Shown here piece by piece: positions 1 through 13,847 of a stretch of DNA of 64,000 nt. Position numbers and translations under genes: made by a program. The notes beneath the pieces were generated by a model. The model was not told where the DNA came from. It ran no database searches and worked only from the letters and a program-made list of their open reading frames with translations. How positions within the stretch are numbered: the first letter of the stretch is position 1; each line of letters starts with the position of its first letter. Source of the DNA: Macrostomum lignano (Eukaryota); contig NIVC01001159.1 of NCBI GenBank assembly GCA_002269645.1, positions 38,257-102,256 on the forward strand, read 5' to 3'.

Positions 1-300
1 ATTTGGGATTTGAGATTTGAGAAATGGGATTAGACAATTGGGATTTTGGATTTTGAATTTTGGATTTGGTAATTGGGATTTGGGGATTGAGATTTGAGAA
101 ATGGGATTAGACAATTGGGATTTTGGATTTTGGATTTTGGATTTGGTAATTGGGATTTGGGAATCGGGATTTGAGAAATGGGATTAGACAATTGGGGTTT
201 TCGATTTTTGATTTTGGATTTGGTAATTGGGATTTGGGAATTCGGCTTTGGGATTTGAGAAATGGGATTTGGATAGGGATTTGGGGTGCAAGTTTTGGGA
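1..300. repeat. Degenerate ~77-bp tandem repeat built from GGGATT/GGATTT motifs (runs off window start)
   Basis: GAGAAATGGGATT recurs at 19, 96, 173 and 257. Confidence 0.75.
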
Positions 301-794
301 TTTAGAAAACCGAATTCAAATTTTGGGATTTGTACTCGTAGTTGGAAATCCAGCTATTGGACTCAAAATTGGGACTTAAGTTCTGGTATCTGCGTATTCG
401 AATTCGAAATTAAGATTTGAGTTCCGAGATTGGGATTTACACCTGTGTTGTGACCTCGTGCAATTTCGGTGCAAGAACTCCTATTTTCAAAGCTCGCTGC
501 ATATGCAGAATTTTCATCTGGGTTAAAAGAAGATTAGCATGAAATCCAAAATCTTGACAAAAATTGCTGAACTTGTGCCAGCTGCACTTCCCCTGGCAAC
601 CTCTCCGTCACTTCCCGTTCTCCCTCTGACGGGATCTTCTGTGCCTAACAACTGACTTCCGCTTCCTGTCGTCTGCTTTGACTCTCTTCTCCACCTCTGT
701 CTCCACTCTCCCTCTCTTCCTTCGCCTGTCTCATCTCTACTCTCCCTCTCTCACTTCTCCACTCTAAAACCTCTTTTCTCCACTCTCCACAATT

Positions 795-3700
795 CTCTTC
801 TTCACTCTCATGGCTCTCTCTTCTTCACTCTCACAGCTCTCTCTTCTTCAATCTCACGGCTATCTCTTCTTCACTCTCACAGCTCTCTCTTCTTCACTCT
901 CATGGCTCTCTCTTCTTCACTCTCATGGCTCTCTCTTCTTCACTCTCATGGCTCTCTCTTCTTCACTCTCACAGCTCTCTCTTCTTCAATCTCACAGCTC
1001 TCTCTTCTTCACTCTCATGGCTCTCTCTTCTTCACTCTCATGGCTCTCTCTCCTTCACTCTCACAGCTCTCTCTTCTTCACTCTCACAGCTCTCTCTTCT
1101 TCACTCTCACAGCTCTCTCTTCTTCACTCTCACAGCTCTCTCTTCTTCACTCTCACAGCTCTCTCTTCTTCACTCTCATGGCTCTCTCTTCTTCACTCTC
1201 ATGGCTCTCTCTTCTTCAATCTCACGGCTATCTCTTCTTCACTCTCATGGCTCTCTCTTCTTCACTCTCATGGCTCTCTCTTCTTCACTCTCATGGCTCT
1301 CTCTTCTTCACTCTCATGGCTCTCTCTTCTTCACTCTCATGGCTCTCTCTTCTTCACTCTCATGGCTCTCTCTTCTTCACTCTCACAGCTCTCTCTTCTT
1401 CACTCTCACAGCTCTCTCTTCTTCACTCTCATGGCTCTCTCTTCTTCACTCTCACAGCTCTCTCTTCTTCACTCTCACAGCTCTCTCTTCTTCACTCTCA
1501 TGGCTCTCTCTTCTTCAATCTCACAGCTCTCTCTTCTTCACTCTCACAGCTCTCTCTTCTTCACTCTCACAGCTCTCTCTTCTTCACTCTCATGGCTCTC
1601 TCTTCGTCACTCTCACAGCTCTCTCTTCTTCACTCTCATGGCTCTCTCTTCGTCACTCTCACAGCTCTCTCTTCTTCACTCTCATGGCTCTCTCTTCGTC
1701 ACTCTCACAGCTCTCTCTTCTTCACTCTCATGGCTCTCTCTTCTTCACTCTCATGGCTCTCTCTTCTTCACTCTCATGGCTCTCTCTTCTTCACTCTCAT
1801 GGCTCTCTCTTCTTCACTCTCATGGCTCTCTCTCCTTCACTCTCATGGCTCTCTCTTCTTCAATCTCACGGCTATCTCTTCTTCACTCTCATGGCTCTCT
1901 CTTCGTCACTCTCACAGCTCTCTCTTCTTTACTCTCATGGCTCTCTCTTCTTCACTCTCATGGCTCTCTCTTCTTCACTCTCATGGCTCTCTCTTCTTCA
2001 CTCTCATGGCTCTCTCTTCTTCACTCTCACAGCTCTCTCTTCTTCACTCTCACAGCTCTCTCTTCTTCACTCTCATGGCTCTCTCTTCTTCACTCTCACA
2101 GCTCTCTCTTCTTCACTCTCACAGCTCTCTCTTCTTCACTCTCACAGCTCTCTCTTCTTCACTCTCATGGCTCTCTCTTCTTCACTCTCATGGCTCTCTC
2201 TTCTTCACTCTCACAGCTCTCTCTCCTTCACTCTCACAGCTCTCTCTTCTTCACTCTCATGGCTCTCTCTTCTTCACTCTCATGGCTCTCTCTTCTTTAC
2301 TCTCATGGCTCTCTCTTCTTCACTCTCACAGCTCTCTCTTCTTCACTCTCACAGCTCTCTCTCCTTCACTCTCACAGCTCTCTCTCCTTCACTCTCACAG
2401 CTCTCTCTTCGTCACTCTCACAGCTCTCTCTTCTTCACTCTCATGGCTCTCTCTTCGTCACTCTCACAGCTCTCTCTTCTTCACTCTCACAGCTCTCTCT
2501 TCTTCACTCTCATGGCTCTCTCTTCTTCACTCTCATGGCTCTCTCTTCTTCACTCTCATGGCTATCTCTTCTTCACTCTCATGGCTCTCTCTTCTTCACT
2601 CTCATGGCTCTCTCTTCGTCACTCTCACAGCTCTCTCTTCTTCACTCTCATGGCTCTCTCTTCGTCACTCTCACAGCTCTCTCTTCTTCACTCTCATGGC
2701 TCTCTCTTCTTCACTCTCATGGCTCTCTCTTCTTCACTCTCATGGCTCTCTCTTCTTCACTCTCATGGCTCTCTCTTCTTCACTCTCATGGCTCTCTCTT
2801 CTTCACTCTCATGGCTCTCTCTTCTTCACTCTCATGGCTCTCTCTTCTTCACTCTCACAGCTCTCTCTTCTTCACTCTCACAGCTCTCTCTTCTTCACTC
2901 TCATGGCTCTCTCTTCTTCACTCTCACAGCTCTCTCTTCTTCACTCTCACAGCTCTCTCTTCTTCACTCTCATGGCTCTCTCTTCTTCAATCTCACAGCT
3001 CTCTCTTCTTCACTCTCACAGCTCTCTCTTCTTCACTCTCACAGCTCTCTCTTCTTCACTCTCATGGCTCTCTCTTCGTCACTCTCACAGCTCTCTCTTC
3101 TTCACTCTCATGGCTCTCTCTTCGTCACTCTCACAGCTCTCTCTTCTTCACTCTCATGGCTCTCTCTTCGTCACTCTCACAGCTCTCTCTTCTTCACTCT
3201 CATGGCTCTCTCTTCTTCACTCTCATGGCTCTCTCTTCTTCACTCTCATGGCTCTCTCTTCTTCACTCTCATGGCTCTCTCTTCTTCACTCTCATGGCTC
3301 TCTCTCCTTCACTCTCATGGCTCTCTCTTCTTCAATCTCACGGCTATCTCTTCTTCACTCTCATGGCTCTCTCTTCGTCACTCTCACAGCTCTCTCTTCT
3401 TTACTCTCATGGCTCTCTCTTCTTCACTCTCATGGCTCTCTCTTCTTCACTCTCATGGCTCTCTCTCCTTCACTCTCATGGCTCTCTCTTCTTCACTCTC
3501 ACAGCTCTCTCTTCTTCACTCTCACAGCTCTCTCTTCTTCACTCTCATGGCTCTCTCTTCTTCACTCTCACAGCTCTCTCTTCTTCACTCTCACAGCTCT
3601 CTCTTCTTCACTCTCACAGCTCTCTCTTCTTCACTCTCATGGCTCTCTCTTCTTCACTCTCATGGCTCTCTCTTCTTCACTCTCACAGCTCTCTCTCCTT

Positions 3701-4312
3701 CACTCTCACAGCTCTCTCTTCTTCACTCTCATGGCTCTCTCTTCTTCACTCTCATGGCTCTCTCTTCTTTACTCTCATGGCTCTCTCTTCTTCACTCTCA
3801 CAGCTCTCTCTTCTTCACTCTCACAGCTCTCTCTCCTTCACTCTCACAGCTCTCTCTCCTTCACTCTCACAGCTCTCTCTTCGTCACTCTCACAGCTCTC
3901 TCTTCTTCACTCTCATGGCTCTCTCTTCGTCACTCTCACAGCTCTCTCTTCTTCACTCTCACAGCTCTCTCTTCTTCACTCTCATGGCTCTCTCTTCTTC
4001 ACTCTCATGGCTCTCTCTTCTTCACTCTCATGGCTATCTCTTCTTCACTCTCATGGCTCTCTCTTCTTCACTCTCATGGCTCTCTCTTCGTCACTCTCAC
4101 AGCTCTCTCTTCTTCACTCTCATGGCTCTCTCTTCGTCACTCTCACAGCTCTCTCTTCTTCACTCTCATGGCTCTCTCTTCTTCACTCTCATGGCTCTCT
4201 CTTCTTCACTCTCATGGCTCTCTCTTCTTCACTCTCATGGCTCTCTCTTCTTCACTCTCATGGCTCTCTCTTCTTCACTCTCATGGCTCTCTCTTCTTCA
4301 CTCTCATGGCTC
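795..4312. repeat. 23-bp pyrimidine-rich minisatellite, ~150 copies
   Basis: Unit CTCTCTCTTCTTCACTCTCA(TGG/CAG). It has no stops in the plus frames, which produces the spurious 1100-1270 aa ORFs. Confidence 0.97.
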
Positions 4313-6764
4313 TTTTGTTCCCTCTCCTTATCTAATATCTTCGCTCTCACCTCTCTCTCATCTCTGCTCTCACGCACTCAATTTTACCCCTCTTATCCCA
4401 TTATCTCTCTTAAAAACTGTAGCTCATCCTCATCTATCTCAACCCCCTCAGTCTCCCCCCACATCCCTGGCGCCTGGCAAGCAGAGCTGTGAAAACCACA
4501 AGATGGCTCACGAGGCTGGACTATACAGCGGCTTCACTGGGCTCTCCGGGGACGCGGGGCATCAGCTCTGGCATTTCAAAATGCCGATAATAATATGCTG
4601 TTGCTTTATACAGTGAGCCATCTCTCTGTTTTGCTGATACACCAGTACACTGAGCCGACTCTGGATGGATTTGAGCCTACTTTTCGTGATTCATCACATG
4701 GAGCAAAGTTTCTCATTTTCTGTAGCAATCACTGCTTTTTACATTTTTTACACTTTACTTCAAATGCCATTGTTTAAAACTCTATGACTGAGTCTGGGAA
4801 AAGACTGCCAAATCTCAGCATCTGGAATGGACAGTCGCAGGGGAAAATTACGGAATACAACTGTCTATGGCCAGGCTCGATTCCAAGTGCAGTCGCATTA
4901 TTTTGGGGCTAAATTGGAATCTCGGCTTGGGCCAATCCCCAAGGCACAGGGAAGTGAACATGCTTAGCGATTAAGGTAAAGTTAGGGCCGCTGTACACTC
5001 CTGTGTGATTTTGTGCCTGTGTGTGTGCCTGCTCAGAGGCGTCGGCGGAGTGGGCAGTAATGGCTCTCGCCGGTTAAAGTGTGACAATTTGTCGCTTAAA
5101 GTGCGCCAGGGAGCCCCTGCCTCTTTATCTAAAAAAGTCAATGGCCAGCCCTTAGCTGCGAAAACTTCAGCGAAAGCAGATTTCGAGACCAATTGGCTGT
5201 CATTTCAACGGGTGCGCGGTGCACTAATCTGGGCGGAAAGACAAGAAATACAAAGGAGAAAAACTTAAGAGACAAAAAAGGGCTCACGAGAAGCAGAACT
5301 CCTGTTTGCAAAGGAATTGCACTATTACAACTCAACAAACTGCTTATTGACTGCAGGCAGGCGCGGGGAGAAGGAAGCCAGAAGGCGACTCAAAGAGAGG
5401 AGGCTGCGATTTTGGGGTGGGCGGTCGCAGTATTCGCTGCAAGTTTCCCCTATAAATGCAATCATTTTGCTGCATCAGCTGCTGCCCCGCCTAAGTCGCA
5501 CCTGGGCCTGCACTGCAGCCTCCCCACCTACCCGACTGAGGTGACTGAGGAATCTGGCGAGAGAGAGGGACGCAGGGAGAGAGAGAGAGACGGCAAGAGA
5601 AACCGTTGCCATGGAGACGTGTATTTGGCAAACACACGCGAGACTGGATTATTGTACATGTATATTTAACGGGCAGGCGGGGGGTGGCAGCTGGGATGGC
5701 CTAAAAGTCTAAACTGCTTTTTGAACATGCCGGGTGGGCAGCGGGACCTGCCTATTCTGTGAGGGAAAGTTGTTTCAGAGAAAAAGATTTCCGGACCAGC
5801 CTGTTTACTGCGATGTGGGAAGAAACTTACGCAAAAAATATTTATCGGCGTCTGAAGCAAGGAGTGACTTTGCCGCGGCAGTAATTCACCTGTGTGACGG
5901 CTGCTCTTCAGCAGTGTGTAGCTGCCTCAGTCTACGGTTGACTGCCCTGCGGACGGCTGAGAGAGTTTTATTGAAAACAGAGTCACCCCAGGGACTGTCA
6001 GCCTGTCAAACTGTCAAACTGTCAAAGTGTCCGCCGGTCGCAGTCGGAGCCCCCGGAGCAGCGGCTGGGCTTTCATAGGCTTCGGCGACGCACGATTTGC
6101 GAGGCCTGGGGTGGGGGGACCGCTGCCAGGACTGGCTCTGGGCGGTGTCCAACCCCAGGCCTCGAATTCAACAACAGCCGACCGACCCTGCCTCAGCTGC
6201 ATTTGCTCAGAGGGCGTCCTGCAGTCCCCCCCACAGTTCTCCCTCACCCCATGGGAGCGGACAGAATGGCCGAGAGAAGGGCGGCGGACCTGGAGGGGTG
6301 GCGAAGGCGAAACGGGGGAATTGTGTCGCAGCTCGCGTCAAAAGGAAAATAAGGAGATGAGGGAGAGCCGGGAGCAGGCTGATGGTGATGATAGCAGCAT
6401 AGAAGAGCAGATTCTCTTCAGTAAAAAATCCACTGAGCTGTCTTGAACCGCGTGTGCTCTGCTCCAGCTCTCCCTTTCCCTGCTGTCTTTCTTGCCTTTT
6501 CAAACTGAAACAGCAGAAGAAATCAATTCATCAAAGAAAGCCACCGAACGGACGGCAGCTGCGCCGCAATGATGGGGCAGCGGGCAGATCTCAGGCTAGG
6601 AATATTGCAGAAATTCTCTTTGCGATGCCAGATTCGCGTCTGATTGCGCCTTGGGATTCGATTTTGGAAAATAATTATAATTTTCAACTACATTAAATAT
6701 TCCTTGGAATTTTGAGCATCTACATTTTGATGACCAATTTGATAAGTTTCAATCATATTGCCGC

Positions 6765-7525
6765 CTCAATCACCCTCCACTGCTTCCCTCTATCCCCTCC
6801 GCAATCACCCTCCACTGCTGCCCTCTCTCCCCTCCTCAATCACCCTCCACTGCTGCCCTCTCTCCCCTCCGCAATCACCCTCCACTGCTGCCCTCTCTCC
6901 CCTCCGCAATCAACCTCCACTGCTGCCCTCTCTCCCCTCCTCAACCACCCTCCACTGCTGCCCTCTCTCCCCTCCTCAACCACCCTCCACTGCTGCCCTC
7001 TCTCCCCTCCTCAACCACCCTCCACTGCTGCCCTCTCTCCCCTCCTCAACCACCCTCCACTGCTGCCCTCTCTCCCCTCCTCAACCACCCTCCACTGCTG
7101 CCCTCTCTCCCCTCCTCAACCACCCTCCACTGCTGCCCTCTCTCCCCTCCTCAACCACCCTCCACTGCTGCCCTCTCTCCCCTCCTCAACCACCCTCCAC
7201 TGCTGCCCTCTCTCCCCTCCGCAATCAACCTCCACTGCTGCCCTCTCTCCCCTCCTCAACCACCCTCCACTGCTGCCCTCTCTCCCCTCCTCAACCACCC
7301 TCCACTGCTGCTCTCTCTCCCCTCCGCAATCACCCTCCACTGCTGCCCTCTCTCCCCTCCTCAACCACCCTCCACTGCTGCCCTCTCTCCCCTCCTCAAC
7401 CACCCTCCACTGCTGCCCTCTCTCCCCTCCTCAACCACCCTCCACTGCTGCCCTCTCTCCCCTCCTCAACCACCCTCCACTGCTGCCCTCTCTCCCCTCC
7501 TCAATCACCCTCCACTGCTGCCCTA
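6765..7525. repeat. 35-bp minisatellite, ~21 copies
   Basis: Unit CACCCTCCACTGCTGCCCTCTCTCCCCTCCTCAAC. Confidence 0.95.
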
Positions 7526-8081
7526 GCAGTGATTACGGTGTGGTCACTCCTTCTCAAGCACCGTATCCTTAATCTCCAATACGAAGCTAGCACCTTGAGC
7601 ATAAACAGCCAGGATCCCGATGCAGAGCGACCCGTTCCCAAGGATTAAAATTGTTTGGATGAATAGTGAGGGAACTCGGCAAGCTGCTCCTAGAGACACA
7701 CGAGTGCCCGCTCGAAACCCAGCACAAGGAAGGAAGCAGGATGCAAGGGGCAGGAGTCCAGCATAACGAAGGCCTTGCAGCTCGGGTTCTCACACAGCTT
7801 GAGTCCACGCGCTTCAATCCCCCACCCCCCTCCCCCCAAGGGTCACCCAGCTTGCCATATTTGCAAGTGAGTGATTTTCTACTTTTTTCAGCGTCAGTGC
7901 ATGCAGGAGTCGCAGATTCGAGTTCCGGACTGACGCTCTGAGGCTGCAATCCCCTGAATATAATATTGCATACTCACTCCTTGTGATTAGTTTCATATTA
8001 AAAATAAAAGTTTTTCGCGCACCTTTGTTAATTAAGAGTCAGCAGACATCGGTGGCCGAGCCTTGATCCCGGCCGTATGCT

Positions 8082-8082
<1 letters not shown>

Positions 8083-8128
<46 letters not shown>
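8083..8128. repeat. (GA)23 microsatellite
   Basis: Perfect GA dinucleotide run. Confidence 0.95.
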
Positions 8129-8132
<4 letters not shown>

Positions 8133-9530
8133 TGGACAGGCCGGACACTGTGGAGGATGCTGAGAGCCGGGGGAGATGGGGCACGTTCCCGCTAACTAAT
8201 TAGGCAGGTAGGCTGGCAGGCAGGCAGTGTGTAAAAAGCAGCCGAGGACTGAGCAGGAAGCCAGAAGGGAGCTGGTCGGGGAAAGTTTGCCTGAAGGCAG
8301 CTGCGCTGAGCAGGGGACTCCGGAGCAGGGGCAGGGGGTGAGCAGCAGCTGACCAGCTTGAATCCTGCCGCGGGTACTTCGGGGAATGAAAGCATTGCAA
8401 AAAGGCAGGCTAAGAAAAAGTATACTGCCTGCTGCATAGAAAACAAGTTGAATTTATTCTCTGCGAATTCGACAAAGTGGTTGAATTTCAGTGTGTGAAG
8501 CTCAACACGTCCTTCTTTGATCGACAACCGTCAAAAAATGCGCAGGGCATAAGCGGGTAGATTAAGTCATTAACGGGAGGGGTTGGGTGCAGATAAGAAA
8601 AGGAGGGGTGGGGTGCCCGACAGAGGAAAGAGGCAAGAGCCAACAGCCAATCAGAAGGCAGCGAGGGAGAGAGATAAGATTTACTGGGTTGAACTGGACA
8701 GAGAGAGAGAGAGAAAACAGAGACGAGTGCAGATGAACTGAAGGACTGACTAAGAAATCCGCGACAGCGATATGTGAGCTGCAGCTTTGCTCTCCAATAT
8801 CCATAAATTTAAATTTGTACTTTTTTCAAATAATCGCTTATGCATGCACAGAGGCAGCTAATTGTGCAGGTATCCGGGCTTATAAATCTTTTCGCTGAGC
8901 ATAGCAACTCGGTCCTGCAGGGCTCTACAGATATAGCTAGATTCCCCCAGACCGGTAAACCAGTAGCTATATACCGTGCTGTCTTCAATAATTAATGAGC
9001 ACACGAGTAGCGAGGACTAAAAGCAGGGTTGGCTACATTAGCTATGGAGAACTGCATGTCTGTCCCACCTGAGGACTGCGTGCAGTAAAAGAGGGGGAAC
9101 CGGACAGCAGGTGAGATAAAGAATGCGATGCGGCTTCAGTAGTTATACGGGGGGAGATCGGAGGCGGGAGCCTGGCTCGCGCCCCTCTGACTCTGTTCTC
9201 AACGCTCCTTCGTTCGTAAATATTTTCTTCTTCAACTGGAATATTTCAATATAACGGATTCGACAGCCTTTGTTCCCGTGAATCCCGATCATCATGTGGC
9301 AAAGCACGATCCTTTGATGAAGATTTCTAATCAAAGGTCAGCGAGTAGTTATTTGGGGTGTATATGAAATTTCAAGACTCGAATGCCCTTTCCCAACTTT
9401 TTTATACGATGCCAGCGCTTTTGGGGAAAGGTCAATTTAACTGTTTACTTGTACAGTTACATACCCACAATACAATGTAATTTATTTATTTAACTGCGTA
9501 TGTCCAAGGCCGTCTTGTCCATGTCCATGT

Positions 9531-10608
9531 CCAAAATGAGTGCCTGCAGTGCCAAAATGAGTGCCTGCAGTGCCAAAATGAGTGCCTGCAGTGCCAAAAT
9601 GAGTGCCTGCAGTGCCAAAATGAGTGCCTGCAGTGCCAAAATGAGTGCCTGCAGTGCCAAAATGAGTGCCTGCAGTGCCAAAATGAGTGCCTGCAGTGCC
9701 AAAATGAGTGCCTGCGGCGCTAAAATGAGTGCCTGCAGTGCCAAAATGAGTGCCTGCAGTGCCAAAATGAGTGCCTGCGGCGCTAAAATGAGTGCCTGCG
9801 GCGCTAAAATGAGTGTATGCGGCGCTAAAATAAGTGCCTGTGGCGCTAAAATGAGTGCCTGCGGCGCTAAAATGAGTGTCTGCGGCGCTAAAATGAGTGT
9901 CTGCGGCGCTAAAATGAGTGCCTGCGGTGCTAAAATGAGTGCCTGCGGCGCTAAAATGAGTGCCTGCGGCGCTAAAATGAGTGTCTGCGGCGCTAAAATG
10001 AGTGTCTGCGGCGCTAAAATGAGTGTCTGCGGCGCTAAAATGAGTGTCTGAGGCGCCAAAATGAGTACCTGCGGCGCTAAAATGAGTGTATGCGGCGCTA
10101 AAATGAGTGTATGCGGCGCTAAAATGAGTGTCTGCGGCGCTAAAATAAGTGTCTGCGGCGCTAAAATGAGTGTCTGAGGCGCCAAAATGAGTACCTGCGG
10201 CGCTAAAATGAGTGTATGCGGCGCTAAAATGAGTGTATGCGGCGCTAAAATGAGTGTCTGCGGCGCTAAAATGAGTGTCTGCGGCGCTAAAATGAATACC
10301 TGCGGCGCTAAAATGAGTGCCTGCGGCGCCAAAATGAGTGTCTGAGGCGCTAAAATGAGTACCTGCGGCGCTAAAATGAGTGTCTGAGGCGCCAGAATGA
10401 ATACCTGCGGCGCTAAAATGAGTGCCTGCGGCGCCAAAATGAGTGTCTGAGGCGCTAAAATGAGTACCTGCGGCGCTAAAATGAGTGTCTGAGGCGCCAG
10501 AATGAATACCTGCGGCGCTAAAATGAGTGTATGCGGCGCTAAATTTAGAGTACCTGCAAAATGAGTGCCTGCGGCGCTAAAATGAGTGCCTGCGGCGCTA
10601 AAATGAGT
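9531..10608. repeat. 21-bp minisatellite (AAAATGAGTG family), ~50 copies
   Basis: Unit AAAATGAGTGCCTGC(AGTGCC/GGCGCT). Related to the array at 58787-59551. Confidence 0.96.
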
Positions 10609-11294
10609 CCGTCTATCTATGCATGTCTCAGTGCTTGGTCTGTCTGTCTCTGCCGATCCACAGTGAAAATCTCACGCAGTTGAATCGCTCGCAGTTGGGA
10701 TAAGCGACAATTCATTAACAATTTGCTGAATCGGCCAGAGTTTGCGGCTGAAATCTGGGACAATCCAACAGCAGATACAAGCCAGAATAGTGCACTCGCT
10801 AATAAAAAGGAATAATCCGATATAGAGGGGATCTCGCGTGGCCGGACAGGAGCTCTCAGCCCCTCTCCGTCCCCCAGGGGGAATTTCCTGGACCAAGGAA
10901 CGAACTGTGGCCACGCAGGCAGACAGCCACTCAATCGGGCCATGATGAACATCTCAGCCTGCAGGCCGTCGCATCCGATTGTCCTCAATCACGGACCGAT
11001 AGACAGCTCGGTCTGGGCAGCCACTCAGCGGCCCAGAGCAGTGCAGCAATAATTGCCTATGGAAATGAATATGCCTAGAGAGATAGATTTTTTAATAGCT
11101 GGCTCGAGGCAAGGCAATCCTGGGCTGAGCAGTCGGCCTCGGAGATAAAGACAGAATTCGACTGCAATTAAGCGAATGCCGAATCGCCTTGTCGCTTTGT
11201 GTGTGTGCGTCACTGCATGTAAGAATCGATGCTAGTGTTCCTTTTACTAAATTACTGAACTTTTGCATGTAAGATATCCATGAATAATGGTAAA

Positions 11295-11778
11295 ATGAAG
11301 AATCAGCAGTCCCTGAATGCAGAGCGGATTGAAGAATCAGCAGTCCCTGAATGCAGAGCGGAATAAAGAATCAGCAGTCCCTGAATGCAGAGCGGAATGA
11401 AGAATCAGCAGTCCCTGAATGCAGAGCGGAATGAAGGATCAGCAGTCCCTGAATGCAGAGCGGAATGAAGAATCAGCAGTCCCTGAATGCAGAGCAGAAT
11501 GAAGAATCAGCAGTCCCTGAATGCAGAGCAGAATGAAGAATCAGCAGTCCCTGAATGCAGAGCAGAATGAAGAATCAGCAGTCCCTGAATGCAGAGCAGA
11601 ATGGACAATCAGCAGTCCCTGAATGCAGAGCGGAATGAAGAATCAGCAGTCCCTGAATGCAGAGCAGAATGGACAATCAGTAGTCCCTGAATGCAGAGCA
11701 GAATGGACAATCAGCAGTCCCTGAATGCAGAGCAGAATGAAGAATCAGCAGTCCCTGAATGCAGAGCGGAATGAAGAG
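11295..11778. repeat. 34-bp minisatellite, ~14 copies
   Basis: Unit GAAGAATCAGCAGTCCCTGAATGCAGAGCGGAAT; starts at 11297, 11331, 11365. Confidence 0.95.
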
Positions 11779-12614
11779 GCCGTCCACCTGAGCCAGGAAA
11801 ACAATCCAAGCAACAGGATGAAGTGCTGAAATGTAATTTCTCCAGTCCCGTATTGAAGCTGAGGCCAATATTACAGTTTTAGCGACAGCAAGCAGCCCAT
11901 GGGGCGGTCATTTCGGGGCCTGAAAGCGGCAACAACAGCCCAAATTAGAACGCGGAAGAGCGATATTCCAGCGCCCAGATGCATATAGCAGTGCCAGGCC
12001 CCGCAGCTGAACACTTTAATAAACAGATCGGAATTCATACGCACGCTAATCAGACAAACTGGGGACAACATGGGCATAAAAATAAACTGACTCGGCTTTT
12101 AATTGCCAAGCGAGACACTGCAGCAAGCCGTATCTTGCAGCCAAAGACAATTTTGGCTAATTGGCTGAAAAGCCAATAAAAGGGCCACTTTGAAGTTCCA
12201 TTTAGCTTCGCAGTCGCTTAAAATTCGAATCCCCCACTTCTGTGACAAATATAAGGATGGGAATAGAAAAATGAAAACAAAAAGCAGAATTTCAGCATCG
12301 TCATTTACAAAACTTGAAATAAATTGAATTATTATTAATGCAACAATACACAAGATATTACAAAATGATAAGCGATTTTTTACAGAGCAGATAGAAAAAT
12401 AACAGAAAAAGCACCTTATACTACTGCAAGGCAGCAGATAGCAGTGATTAGTTAGTAGAAAAATGCTGGACATAAAAAATAAAGTTGTATATAATGCATT
12501 ACCGAGTTTATAAATGTTAGAAAAAATTATTAATCCCATAAACAAAAATAAAGAAAAAATACTACTGACTTGGTTTTGAAATGTTAGTAGTGCAGACAGC
12601 GACTCGACATCCCG

Positions 12615-13190
12615 TCAGACATTTATCTCATCGAAAAACTCTTGACAAGCGGCATAGGCTCCGGTGAGGAAAAACGTTCGGTCCTGGTTAATCCTCTCTG
12701 CCAACCGGGACTGCAGAGCCTGGCAACTGGAATTAATGACAATTATGATTTATTATTATGTTGTTGAAAATATTATGATCTACCATTAGAACTATGATCA
12801 ATCATGAGTCACAATGACCCAGTGACTGGTTACAGCATGGTGCTCAATCATGAGTCACCATGACCCAGTGACTGGTTACAGCATGGTGCTCAATCATGAG
12901 TCACCATGACCCAAGCCGCACAGCAACTCACTCCACCAAGTCGAACAGTCCTCCGACAGCCCACTGGGTGACGGCCACGCTAAAATCCTTGTGATGAGAC
13001 TCCTCGGTTGCGAGGCCGGCAGAGTCCGAACCGGAGGCGGAGAAAAACCGATTGAAGTCTGGCAGGGAGATTCGAACCGACACGCGCCGGAGGGCTGCGG
13101 CAGCTCCAGTGCGGCTCATTGCCACGAATGACAGGCTGGCGGAGTGAGTGGGATTCTCTGGCGCTGAATGGCATTCCGGGTGTCTGCATT

Positions 13191-13221
<31 letters not shown>

Positions 13222-13282
13222 GTGTCTTCGTCTTTTGTGACTGTCTTTCTGTCTGTCTATCTGTGTCTTCGTCTGTTGTGAC

Positions 13283-13317
<35 letters not shown>

Positions 13318-13513
13318 GTCTTCGTCTGTTGTGACTGTCTGTCTGTCTGTCTGTCTGTCTATCTGTGTCTTCGTCTGTTGTGACTGTCTGTCTGTCTGTC
13401 TGTCTGTGTCTTCGTCTGTTGTGACTGTCTGTCTGTCTGTCCGTCTGTCTGTCTGTCTATCTGTCTTCGTCTGTTGTGACTGTCTGTCTGTCTGTGTCTT
13501 CGTCTGTTGTGAC

Positions 13514-13550
<37 letters not shown>

Positions 13551-13587
13551 GTGTCTTCGTCTGTTGTGACTGTCTGTCTGTCTGTCC

Positions 13588-13629
<42 letters not shown>

Positions 13630-13766
13630 GTCTCCGTCTGTTGTGACTATCTGTCTGTCTGTTTGCCTGCCTGTCTTGTCCGTCCGTATCGAACGAGCTT
13701 GGAGACCGTTGAGAGTTTCGATTTGCTTTCTGTCGTTGTCGCATCGAGGCTGCAGCAGCTGATCAC

Positions 13767-13847
<81 letters not shown>

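Noticed and set aside
810-4616. Three ORFs of 1136-1268 aa
   Set aside because: All three frames translate the same stop-free 23-bp minisatellite; no splice or domain evidence.
7890-7937. 9-bp inverted repeat with a B-box-like loop
   Set aside because: Too short, single copy, no cloverleaf.
9490-10437. Leu/Ala heptad-like ORFs (also 58733-59643 and 39710-40654)
   Set aside because: Translations of 21-bp or hexamer satellites, open in several frames.
4440-11220. Scattered GC-rich ORFs and exon-like segments (e.g. 6027-6446, 9143-9334, and 10672-10914 with a hydrophobic stretch)
   Set aside because: No recognisable domain, and I could not chain them with consistent splice phases. A gene may exist here but is unsupported.
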